A stretch of 64,000 bases of DNA, from NCBI RefSeq assembly GCF_937958655.1, contig NZ_CALGNH010000025.1, positions 31,622 through 95,621 of the forward strand, given 5' to 3'. A program made the translations under genes and the position numbers. Each line of letters opens with the position of its first letter. The stretch's first letter is position 1. The notes beneath the pieces were generated by a model. The model did no database searches. It was not told where the DNA came from and worked only from the letters and a program-made list of their open reading frames with translations. This DNA is from an uncultured Winogradskyella sp. (GTDB lineage Bacteria; Bacteroidota; Bacteroidia; Flavobacteriales; Flavobacteriaceae). This document shows, one piece after another, positions 26,568-34,693 of this stretch.

Positions 26568-29108
26568 ATGGAAACGTATCTATTAAAATTTTCGGCTTGT
26601 TTACTTATTTTTTTGTTGGTTTATGTATTGCTTTTAGAGCGTCAAAACATGCACAGATTTAAACGTTTGTATCTATTAGGAGCTTTTGCAATTGCACTCA
26701 TTATTCCAGTACTCACAATAACACATTATATAGAACCTGTAATACAAGATTTTGAAATTACGTCTGATTATGCTCCTATCGATACACCCTACATAGAAAC
26801 GCCAAAAGATAAAAACACGTCTGTAAGCTTAGAAACTGTTTTGTGGTCTATTTATGGTATAGGTGTCCTACTGTTTAGTATTCGTTTTGTTTTTAATCTC
26901 ATCAACTTATATCGAAAAATATCTCATAGTGAAAGGATGTATAATCGCTCTTTCATTTATGTATTGCTCAAGGACTATCGCATTCCACATTCATTCTTCA
27001 GATACATTTTTTTGAACAAACAGAAATTTGAAAATAAGGATATCCCAAGGGAAGTCTTACTCCACGAGGAAACCCATGCAAAACAACTGCACAGTTTAGA
27101 CATTATCATTTTAGAACTTTTACAAATCCTATTTTGGTTTCATCCTTTGGTTTATATCCTAAAGCATCATGTAAAATTAAATCACGAATTTTTAGCCGAC
27201 GAAGCAGTTTTAAATAACTGTTCGGACACTATAACCTATCAACAGATATTATTACAATTTTCATCAAACACTCAAGAGTATCAATTATCGAGTGCCATCA
27301 ATTATTCATCAATTAAAAAACGATTTACAGTTATGAAAACACAAACCTCAAAAACCAGAATTTGGTTTAGTAGCCTATTGCTACTACCTGTATGTGCTAT
27401 ACTATTTTACAGCTTTGCTGAAAGAGAATATGTGCAGAAAGAAAACACAAAACTTAATCAAGCGATCGCAGAAGAGTTAGAAAAGGCAGAAAAATTAAAT
27501 GTAACGTACATTAACGAAAATTCAGATAAGTTACTGGGAATATGGTATAATAAAGAAAAGAACATCACTTTACAATTCCATTTACAAAATGGCGGCTTGC
27601 TATGCGATGTAAAAGAAGCGGACAACACGCATGTGAGATATCACCCTAAAACAAACGATACGGGATGGTGGTTTACTTACAAAAACCAGCCGCTTAGTTT
27701 TAAAATAGACAATAAAACACTCAAAGATTCACGTGGATTAACTTACATAAAAACTAGTAACATAGCTACATCACAACATTTAAAAATTGACATTGATGAA
27801 GCTGGTATTCTAAAAATAAACAACCAAATAACTTCCTATAATGATTTTGAAGTAAGCGTTAAAAAGATTAAAAGAGATTTAAGCCCAAAAGAAATAAAAA
27901 AACTCATTACAGTTGAGCTGTTTAGTAAATTAAAACAGCACGAGCGTCTGCTTAAAAAAATAACTGACCAACTGCTTTTTAATGGTATTGACAATATAAG
28001 AGTTTATAAATTCTATGATCCTTATGCTGAAAAAGAACCTAAAAAAACAGCTTCAAAAGAAGAGGTTGAAGCATACAATACTTGGGCAAAAGACATTAAT
28101 GATAAAAATAAAGCAGCAAAAGCCAATAAAAATAATGAGTATGCCATTATAAAACTAAAAGAACTGAATTACCATAAGGCTATTTATGATAGAATGACGG
28201 ATACTCAACGTGAAAATGCACAGCAGTTTCCTGATGCACCACCTCCGATAAAGCCTCATCCTGGATACGGTAAAAAAGAGAAAGGTGGGCCAAATGTTGG
28301 TATAATTTCACATTCATCAATAATTAACCCAGTAAAAATTATTGTAAAAGCAGATAATTCCCTAGTGCTAAATGGACAATCAATAGATAATGAAGAGCTT
28401 GAAAGTCAAGTAAAAAAAATCAATATACATTTAAATAGCATAGACCATCGCGATTATGTAATGGCATCATTTATTGTAGAAAAAAATACAAGTAGAGACT
28501 ATGCGAAAACACTACAAAAAAGATTGCAAAAAGTTAATATATGGTCAAGTTGTATGTCTTACAATGAGAACAAAGCCAAAATAAATGACACCAAAAAATT
28601 AAATGGGTTTTATGATGGTTTAACCCTTAATGAAGCTAAAGCTAAACAACAGGAGGTTTTTGATTCACCAGTAGATATAGATAAAAAAATCGATAGCATT
28701 AACAACTCAAGTAGTCCATGGAAAATAAGTGTTGGCACAGCATCTGTTGAATATATTAATGATAAAGGAAAAAGTACCGGAAAAATTAATTTAACATCGA
28801 AAAACACAATACAAACAAAGGAACTCCCAAAGATTTACATTAACAATAAGGTACTAGAAAATCCATTGATTTCATTAACAAAAGAGGAAGTAAAAAAGTT
28901 AAAGATTACATTGTCCAAAGGAAAGATTATAAGTTTTAGGTTTAAGATTACTGGTGTAAGAACAGAGATTATTGAAGGTAATACAATTACTAAAACCTCC
29001 TTAAAAAATCTTGAAACTACGAGAACAGGCGACGATATTTCACTATTTGATATCACAGACGGAAATGGCTCAAAACTTCCGCCTATAGTGATTGAATTAA
29101 AAGAATAA
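26568..29108 (+). CDS. M56-family (BlaR1-like) membrane metalloprotease/sensor with a ~550-aa non-canonical C-terminal extension
   Basis: N-terminal TM helices plus HEXXH (LLHEETHAKQLHSLD). An alternative GTG start lies at 26562. Confidence 0.8.
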   Translation: METYLLKFSACLLIFLLVYVLLLERQNMHRFKRLYLLGAFAIALIIPVLTITHYIEPVIQDFEITSDYAPIDTPYIETPKDKNTSVSLETVLWSIYGIGVLLFSIRFVFNLINLYRKISHSERMYNRSFIYVLLKDYRIPHSFFRYIFLNKQKFENKDIPREVLLHEETHAKQLHSLDIIILELLQILFWFHPLVYILKHHVKLNHEFLADEAVLNNCSDTITYQQILLQFSSNTQEYQLSSAINYSSIKKRFTVMKTQTSKTRIWFSSLLLLPVCAILFYSFAEREYVQKENTKLNQAIAEELEKAEKLNVTYINENSDKLLGIWYNKEKNITLQFHLQNGGLLCDVKEADNTHVRYHPKTNDTGWWFTYKNQPLSFKIDNKTLKDSRGLTYIKTSNIATSQHLKIDIDEAGILKINNQITSYNDFEVSVKKIKRDLSPKEIKKLITVELFSKLKQHERLLKKITDQLLFNGIDNIRVYKFYDPYAEKEPKKTASKEEVEAYNTWAKDINDKNKAAKANKNNEYAIIKLKELNYHKAIYDRMTDTQRENAQQFPDAPPPIKPHPGYGKKEKGGPNVGIISHSSIINPVKIIVKADNSLVLNGQSIDNEELESQVKKINIHLNSIDHRDYVMASFIVEKNTSRDYAKTLQKRLQKVNIWSSCMSYNENKAKINDTKKLNGFYDGLTLNEAKAKQQEVFDSPVDIDKKIDSINNSSSPWKISVGTASVEYINDKGKSTGKINLTSKNTIQTKELPKIYINNKVLENPLISLTKEEVKKLKITLSKGKIISFRFKITGVRTEIIEGNTITKTSLKNLETTRTGDDISLFDITDGNGSKLPPIVIELKE

Positions 29109-29182
29109 ACAATTTTACTGGTTATTTGGTTATCAAAAACCTATCAGGTTCTACAACCTTGGCTAAAGCTGTGGTCAATGTA

Positions 29183-29208
29183 GAAAAACCTGAAAGGTTT
29201 TTCTTTTT
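29183..29208 (+). terminator. Rho-independent terminator after the blaR1-like gene
   Basis: GAAAAACCT-gaa-AGGTTTTTC is a perfect 9-bp stem, followed by TTTTT. Confidence 0.75.
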
Positions 29209-29280
29209 ACATCAAAACTGTAACAAATCACCTCTTTTAGCGTTCTAATAGCTATTAACAAGAGTCTTGTCTTTCTGAAC

Positions 29281-29372
29281 TGTCACACTAAGCGCAGTCG
29301 AAATGTTGTTTCAGAATCTATACCATCATTTTTTTAGATGCTGAAACTCCCGACGCTTCGGGACAGCATGAC
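29281..29372. repeat. Composite MITE/REP-like element (~92 bp)
   Basis: Left end TGTCACACTAAGCGCAGTCGAAATG. Internal hairpin GTTTCAGAATC...GATGCTGAAAC. Right end ..CGACGCTTCGGGACAGCATGACA. The left end is related to 57027..57050 and, as a reverse complement, to 35526..35549. Confidence 0.6.
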
Positions 29373-29397
29373 AGCAGACTTTAATAACTCATCAATC

Positions 29398-30498
29398 ATG
29401 CTCAAACAATTCTTTATCCTCTGCTCGGGAGCCGACACAGATATTCTTAACGATTGCTCCATCGGAGAACAAAATAAATATGCAGGTATTGGTGCTACGG
29501 TTTTCTTTACCGCTTTAATGGCAACTATAGCCTCTAGCTATGCGCTTTATACAGTTTTTGACAATCTTTATGCCTCAGTCTTTTTTGGAGTTGTTTGGGG
29601 CTTACTCATTTTTAATTTAGACCGTTATATTGTCTCTACGATTAGAAAACGAGATCATATTCTTAACGAAATCCTGCAAGCCACACCAAGAATTTTCTTA
29701 GCAGTTATTATTGCTGTGGTAATTTCTAAACCTTTAGAGCTCAAGATTTTTGAAAAAGAAATCAATCAGGTGTTATTAGAGCAAAAGAATGAACTGACTT
29801 TGGCCAATCAAAATCAGATAGCCGAGCAGTTTAATCCTAAAATTGTCGATTTAGAGACTCAAATCCAAGGGTTACAAGCTCAAATCGACACCAAAGAAAC
29901 TGAAGTGAATGCGCTTTATAGCACCTACATTACTGAGGCCGAAGGCACTACAGGCACACTGAAGCTAGGAAAAGGACCTGTTTACAAAGAAAAGCGCGAA
30001 AAGCACGATGCAGCGTTGGCAGAATTACAGCAACTAAAAACAGATAATAAGGCAAAAATAACAGCTTTAGAGAATGAAATCTCTACGACTCAAGGAGATT
30101 ACAAAGCTAACGTGGCAGAATCGCAACCCGTCATTGATAATTTTGATGGGCTCATGGCACGTATCACTGCTCTGGGTAAGCTACCATGGCTGCCATCCTT
30201 CTTTATTTTCCTTTTGTTTTTAGCCATTGAAACCTCACCTATAATCGCCAAATTAATGTCGCCAAAAGGCGAGTTCGACTATAAATTACAAGATCAAGAG
30301 ACCGTAATAAAAAGTTGGACTGCGCAACAAGTAGCTGAACGCCAACTTTTAGTAAAAACGGATAACGCCATTAACAATAAAGTCTATACAGAAATTGCCG
30401 ATGAAGAGGAGGTGATGAACTACAAACGCAAAAAAGCGCGTGAGTTGATGCAACACCAAGCAGATGCTTTTTTAAAGAAGCAGAAAAGCGTATTATAA
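29398..30498 (+). CDS. DUF4407-like membrane protein with a long central coiled coil
   Basis: MLKQFFILCSGADTDILNDCS..KYAGIGATVFFTA plus TM helices. A heptad-rich region follows (..LETQIQGLQAQIDTKETEVNAL..), then a C-terminal TM (LPSFFIFLLFLAIETSPI). I chose the ATG at 29398 because the track start at 29338 lies inside the repeat element. Confidence 0.55.
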   Translation: MLKQFFILCSGADTDILNDCSIGEQNKYAGIGATVFFTALMATIASSYALYTVFDNLYASVFFGVVWGLLIFNLDRYIVSTIRKRDHILNEILQATPRIFLAVIIAVVISKPLELKIFEKEINQVLLEQKNELTLANQNQIAEQFNPKIVDLETQIQGLQAQIDTKETEVNALYSTYITEAEGTTGTLKLGKGPVYKEKREKHDAALAELQQLKTDNKAKITALENEISTTQGDYKANVAESQPVIDNFDGLMARITALGKLPWLPSFFIFLLFLAIETSPIIAKLMSPKGEFDYKLQDQETVIKSWTAQQVAERQLLVKTDNAINNKVYTEIADEEEVMNYKRKKARELMQHQADAFLKKQKSVL

Positions 30499-30580
30499 CA
30501 CCCCTTAAGTTCCCTCAATGGGACATTCCAATCAACAAACATTCGAACAATTGTCCACTTGAGGGGACTTTAGTGGTGTG
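30499..30580. repeat. Long imperfect inverted repeat (~27-nt arms, ~26-nt loop) immediately after the stop codon
   Basis: CACCCCTTAAGTTCCCTCAATGGGACA ... TGTCCACTTGAGGGGACTTTAGTGGTGTG. It may act as a terminator. It is related to the GGGGAAG/CTTCCCC hairpin at 35867..35883. Confidence 0.55.
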
Positions 30581-30627
30581 TTTTCCCGAATAAGTAATTA
30601 TCTTTAGGAAACTAAAACCTAATCGAA

Positions 30628-31095
30628 ATGAAACTCTTATTCAAACTTATAATGCTAATCGTATTCACTAGCTGTATTTCTGTCAAAGCTGATGATACCG
30701 CCAACAACTCTAATTTTGACACAGATAAAAATAGTGCAGAGGCAGGTATTAGATTGGTTTTAGAACAACAAGAAAAAGCATGGAACAACCATGATTTGGA
30801 AGGGTTTATGGAAGGCTATTGGAAAAGTGAAGACCTAAAATTCTATGGCTCAAATGGTTTAACACGAGGCTGGGATAATACTTTAGCGCGTTACAAAAAA
30901 AACTACCCTACAAAAGCTGAAAGTGGAACGTTAAATTTTGTTATTAATGATATTTCAAAAATTGAGGGAGATAATTATTGGGTTATGGGAGAATACCATT
31001 TAAAGCGTGGCGTTGGAGACGCTGATGGCATCTTTATAATTATTTTTAAAAAAATAAATGGTGAATGGAAAATCGTTGCGGATATGTCCTGTTAA
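30628..31095 (+). CDS. SnoaL-like / DUF4440 (NTF2-fold) lipoprotein
   Basis: The signal ends ..FTSC. LEQQEKAWNNHDLEGFMEGYW...INGEWKIVADMS is typical of the DUF4440/NTF2 family. Confidence 0.6.
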   Translation: MKLLFKLIMLIVFTSCISVKADDTANNSNFDTDKNSAEAGIRLVLEQQEKAWNNHDLEGFMEGYWKSEDLKFYGSNGLTRGWDNTLARYKKNYPTKAESGTLNFVINDISKIEGDNYWVMGEYHLKRGVGDADGIFIIIFKKINGEWKIVADMSC

Positions 31096-31130
31096 ATTTG
31101 AAGTTGAAGACGAAGCTGAATTCGAATATA
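31096..31130. repeat. Short GAA/TTC-rich repeat sharing a 17-mer with the polA linker
   Basis: TTGAAGACGAAGCTGAA (31104..31120) is the exact reverse complement of 52964..52980, and the flanks are also similar. Confidence 0.5.
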
Positions 31131-31215
31131 AAAGTTAGGACGAGATTTCTCGTCGCTCAGTCCTCACTCTTTTTAACTGACACTGGCACTTTTGAAATCT
31201 AGAAACTTAAAACAA

Positions 31216-31272
31216 AAAAGTGTTTTCAAGAGTACTCATCCGCCAAGAAGAACACTAGTTGAAAACACTTTT
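31216..31272 (-). terminator. Stem-loop terminator (14-bp perfect arms) for the STAS-like gene
   Basis: AAAAGTGTTTTCAA..(29 nt)..TTGAAAACACTTTT. On the minus strand it is followed by TTGTTTT. Confidence 0.5.
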
Positions 31273-31298
31273 AAATATAGGTTATGATACTATGAGTA

Positions 31299-31613
31299 TT
31301 ATGCAGCTACAATATTTGGTATACTAGCAGTACTTACCTCTGGTTCTTCTGTTTTAAAATGATCATATAATTCCTTACAACCAAAGCCAATGATAGATAA
31401 TCGTTTAGATTTTATAATTGATTCATTATGCAATTTAGCCAAAGCCATTACTCCATCTCTATCAATACTATCAATACTTTCAATGTCCAACAAGATATCA
31501 TCTAGTTTGTCAAAAATATTAGCAAAATAAGAGTCGAATGTTTTAAGGTTTAACTTGTTTAAAGTGCCTTTAATCTGAAAACGGTTGTTGTAATTGGTAA
31601 TTTGTAAATCCAT
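31299..31613 (-). CDS. Small STAS-like (anti-sigma-antagonist fold) protein
   Basis: 104 aa. ..LLDIESIDSIDRDGVMALAKL..RLSIIG.. resembles the STAS core. No partner kinase or phosphatase gene lies nearby. Confidence 0.4.
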   Translation of the reverse strand: MDLQITNYNNRFQIKGTLNKLNLKTFDSYFANIFDKLDDILLDIESIDSIDRDGVMALAKLHNESIIKSKRLSIIGFGCKELYDHFKTEEPEVSTASIPNIVAA

Positions 31614-31851
31614 AATAAAATACTGTTAAATCGTTAATAATAATTTGGGCTATTAATCTGTAAATTTGGTGCTAATTAATCATGAGGGCACCTCTAATAT
31701 CTTACTATTATTTAACGGTATCTTAGAAAATCGATAAATTGCAAATTAGACAAGTTTATTTGAAATTTCGTGTTTATTTTTTCGATAAACAACACGTTTT
31801 CTGATAGATAAAATGTAGGAAAATTAACAGGAAAACAATTAAAACTTAAGC

Positions 31852-32100
31852 CTAATTAGATGTAGAATTAAGACCTACAGGCTTGTATACAATTTTAGTA
31901 GAGACTGGGTATTTTTCTAATAGGGTTTTAGGTCGGATAGGACGTTTTTCAAAACCACCTCCACAATTTGGGCAAATATGTTGCAAAAGAGCAACACAGT
32001 TTTTGCAAAAGGTACACTCAAACGTGCAAATCATAGCATCATTAGAATCATAAGGTAAATCCGTATTACAATTTTCGCAAGTTGGTCTAATCTCTAGCAT
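31852..32100 (-). CDS. DUF1272-like zinc-ribbon protein
   Basis: 82 aa. CENCNTDLP..CTFECTFCKNC..CPNCGG. Confidence 0.65.
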   Translation of the reverse strand: MLEIRPTCENCNTDLPYDSNDAMICTFECTFCKNCVALLQHICPNCGGGFEKRPIRPKTLLEKYPVSTKIVYKPVGLNSTSN

Positions 32101-32106
32101 GACTTA

Positions 32107-32682
32107 TTATATCTTCTTCACGTACGCTGTAATTATTACAATTCTTGTAGGTCCAACTTTACCTTCAATATAAGTTTCATTCTCATGATCTAATCTTATA
32201 TTTCTAACGGCAGTACCTTGCTTAGCAATTATACTAGACCCTTTAACCTTTAGGTCTTTAATTAATACTACAGCATCTCCATGCTCTAGTACAACACCAT
32301 TAACATCTCTATGAACCAATTTATTCTCTTCAGCTTCACCATCACCAGATGCTTTTGCGAGTTCTAAAACTTCATCCTCCAAATACAGCATATCTAATAA
32401 ATCTTGTGTCCAATCTGCCTGAACTCTATTGAGCATTCTCCATGCCATGATTTTTACGGCATCATACTCACTCCACATACTGTCATTAAGACATCTCCAA
32501 TGATTAGCATCAATCTTATCAGAATCATTGAACTGTTCTTTACAAACATTACAGGAATATAATCTCGTTTTTAAGCCATCTTCTTTCACATCTGGCACAT
32601 TGTATGCTGATAGATTTTCTATGTTGCCACAAAGCTCACACTGTGAGTTACTGCGTTGTTGTAATTGTTTTTCTAAAGACAT
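32107..32682 (-). CDS. phnA: PhnA-family zinc-ribbon protein
   Basis: 191 aa. N-terminal CELCG..CNVC. The C-terminal PhnA domain is DANGN-type (VLIKDLKVKGSS..AKQGTAVRNIRL). Confidence 0.7.
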   Translation of the reverse strand: MSLEKQLQQRSNSQCELCGNIENLSAYNVPDVKEDGLKTRLYSCNVCKEQFNDSDKIDANHWRCLNDSMWSEYDAVKIMAWRMLNRVQADWTQDLLDMLYLEDEVLELAKASGDGEAEENKLVHRDVNGVVLEHGDAVVLIKDLKVKGSSIIAKQGTAVRNIRLDHENETYIEGKVGPTRIVIITAYVKKI

Positions 32683-32708
32683 GGAAGCGGTTTAAGACAA
32701 ATTTATGC

Positions 32709-33071
32709 TTATTTCAATGTTTCCCTTAATTTCTTAGGAAGTTTATGAACAATCATATTATACGAATGATCTATAAGCTCAAAAATTAATTTAACTGGTA
32801 ATTCGCCAGTATGAAAGTAGGCACTGTTCCATTGCTGCTTATGCATGTGGTAAGCTGGTTTAATACTCTCGTATTCTGCTCTAAGCTCTTGCGCATACTC
32901 AGGATCGCATTTTAGATTTATAAAACCTTCTCCGTTTTCCCAATTAGATAAGGAGGCTAAAGCAAACATTTTATTACAAACTTTAAAGACTAGCACATCA
33001 TCGTCAAAAGGAAAGTGTTCTGTGACTTCCTTTTTACTCATGCAATAATTTCTATAGTCTTCTATGTTCAT
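32709..33071 (-). CDS. MmcQ/YjbR-family protein
   Basis: YCMSKKEVTEHFPFDDDVLVFKVCNKMFA... I chose the ATG at 33071 because the GTG at 33083 lies inside a repeat hairpin. Confidence 0.65.
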   Translation of the reverse strand: MNIEDYRNYCMSKKEVTEHFPFDDDVLVFKVCNKMFALASLSNWENGEGFINLKCDPEYAQELRAEYESIKPAYHMHKQQWNSAYFHTGELPVKLIFELIDHSYNMIVHKLPKKLRETLK

Positions 33072-33078
33072 AGTATTT

Positions 33079-33096
33079 CCCACGGAAGTGGGAATC
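33079..33096. repeat. GGGAATC-type REP hairpin (CCCACggaaGTGGGAATC)
   Basis: 5-bp stem plus a GGGAATC tail. Similar motifs occur at 45219..45236 (CCCAActcaaTTGGGAATC) and, degenerate, at 54921..54941. Confidence 0.45.
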
Positions 33097-33168
33097 TTAT
33101 ATTATTAAATAACTTATTGTTGTATCCTTAAGATTGCCGCGTCTTGTCGTCCTTGCAATGACAGCATA

Positions 33169-33780
33169 CTACTCCAACAATTTTTTGTCTTCACCAGACT
33201 CAATTTTTAAGGCCGAATAATCTAAGGTCCAGCCAATGGTTTCTACCAAATTCTCAATAAGCTGAATCGCTTCTAAAGCTTCGTGCTTTGCTACATTATA
33301 CAAACCGCTCTCAGGTACTTTATCCATAATATGAGCTTTGGCCTTAGTATGTAATTCTGTTAGATCCGAAGCTTCAAACTTATTAAACATGCCATCTTGT
33401 TTATCGTAATAATTAATATTACTCTCAATAGACAAGACTTCTGGCTGTGGAAAATGAGACAAAACAACAGTTTTAGATTTTGGATGCGAATTCATTTTCA
33501 CTTTGCTTAAATCGAACCCAACATATGCTTTAGCATTAATAACAACTAAGGCTTTCTTTTTACTAGAAATTAGCTTTAAAAACTTTTCTTTTACATCTTC
33601 GTAGTGATAGATTTCTGCAAAATCACCTTCTACCGTTATAAATTTACAAACGCGTTTTATTTTATCGAGAAGAATAATAGATTGCTCGTTAGTTTTTTGT
33701 TTGCTTTTCCATTGTTTGTAAATAGTAACCAATCCTAAGGTTACCAGTATACTAATTATGATTATAAAAAATGTTTCCAT
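33169..33780 (-). CDS. Membrane-anchored DUF4230-like protein
   Basis: 203 aa with an N-terminal TM helix. VTVEGDFAEIY.. is DUF4230-like. Confidence 0.5.
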   Translation of the reverse strand: METFFIIIISILVTLGLVTIYKQWKSKQKTNEQSIILLDKIKRVCKFITVEGDFAEIYHYEDVKEKFLKLISSKKKALVVINAKAYVGFDLSKVKMNSHPKSKTVVLSHFPQPEVLSIESNINYYDKQDGMFNKFEASDLTELHTKAKAHIMDKVPESGLYNVAKHEALEAIQLIENLVETIGWTLDYSALKIESGEDKKLLE

Positions 33781-33823
33781 AGGTATAAATAAGACACTAG
33801 ATTAAACACTATTGTCACTTAAC

Positions 33824-34576
33824 TTACGCTATAAGTTTATATAAAATTGGTTTACTTGGAGTGGCATCGTTTTCAAAAGGTGCAATTTGAAGGTTTAGCA
33901 AATAACAACCATCTTCAATCTTATTAGATACATAAATAAACTCCGTTATTGTGGCATCTTTGCGCAACTGGCCACGATAATTCCAAAATGCTTTATGGCC
34001 TTTTAATTCGCCACCATCTTCCTCTCTATCTACACTAGGTAAATCTACTAAAAGATGTTTAATGCCTTTTTTAACCAATAGCTTAATGGCATCTTCTAAG
34101 AAGTATGGCCAATTGGTATTTGAGTATTGCTTAGCCTTCTTTTCATTAGTATTAGGTATTGTCCTTATCACCACAGCATCTCGCTTTTTGTTTCCTAAAG
34201 CAAATTGTAATTGTTTGGCAGATATTACGGAATCCTCTCCTAACTTTTCTGGTGCTACAGTTACCAACTCAGCTAAAAAGAAAAACTGTTTTAAATTTTT
34301 ATTTATAGAATGAACTGTCTCTGTAATATGACCTGCCGTTTCGGTATGTGTGCCGTGCGCATGTGGATTAAACGTTATGGTATTAAAATTAACAGACGCA
34401 CCTTTTGCGACGCTAATGAGCTCTCCATCAAAAACTTCGGGCTCAATTTTTGGCGCTCCAATATACCAGGCATTTACATTGTTATTACTTCCTTTTATGG
34501 GAATTGAAATATCTAGTGGCTTTGATAAATCTACTTTTAACTTTCTAGAATTATTGTATTGTATGGTTGCTATCAT
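33824..34576 (-). CDS. Cyclase-family (arylformamidase-like) metal hydrolase
   Basis: 250 aa. The His-rich motif NPHAHGTHTETAGH resembles the HxGTHxD cyclase-family motif. Confidence 0.55.
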   Translation of the reverse strand: MIATIQYNNSRKLKVDLSKPLDISIPIKGSNNNVNAWYIGAPKIEPEVFDGELISVAKGASVNFNTITFNPHAHGTHTETAGHITETVHSINKNLKQFFFLAELVTVAPEKLGEDSVISAKQLQFALGNKKRDAVVIRTIPNTNEKKAKQYSNTNWPYFLEDAIKLLVKKGIKHLLVDLPSVDREEDGGELKGHKAFWNYRGQLRKDATITEFIYVSNKIEDGCYLLNLQIAPFENDATPSKPILYKLIA

Positions 34577-34693
34577 TTATGCTGAACTTTTTTCAGTAAC
34601 TTTTAAATTTTCTTTTTTATAAAACATCTCTAAAGTCCCTCTTCGACATACTCACTACATCGCATCAAAGGGAAAGTATAATGTAATATTAAC

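Noticed and set aside
34062-34622. Three plus-strand ORFs opposite the cyclase-family gene
   Set aside because: They are mutually overlapping antisense shadows.
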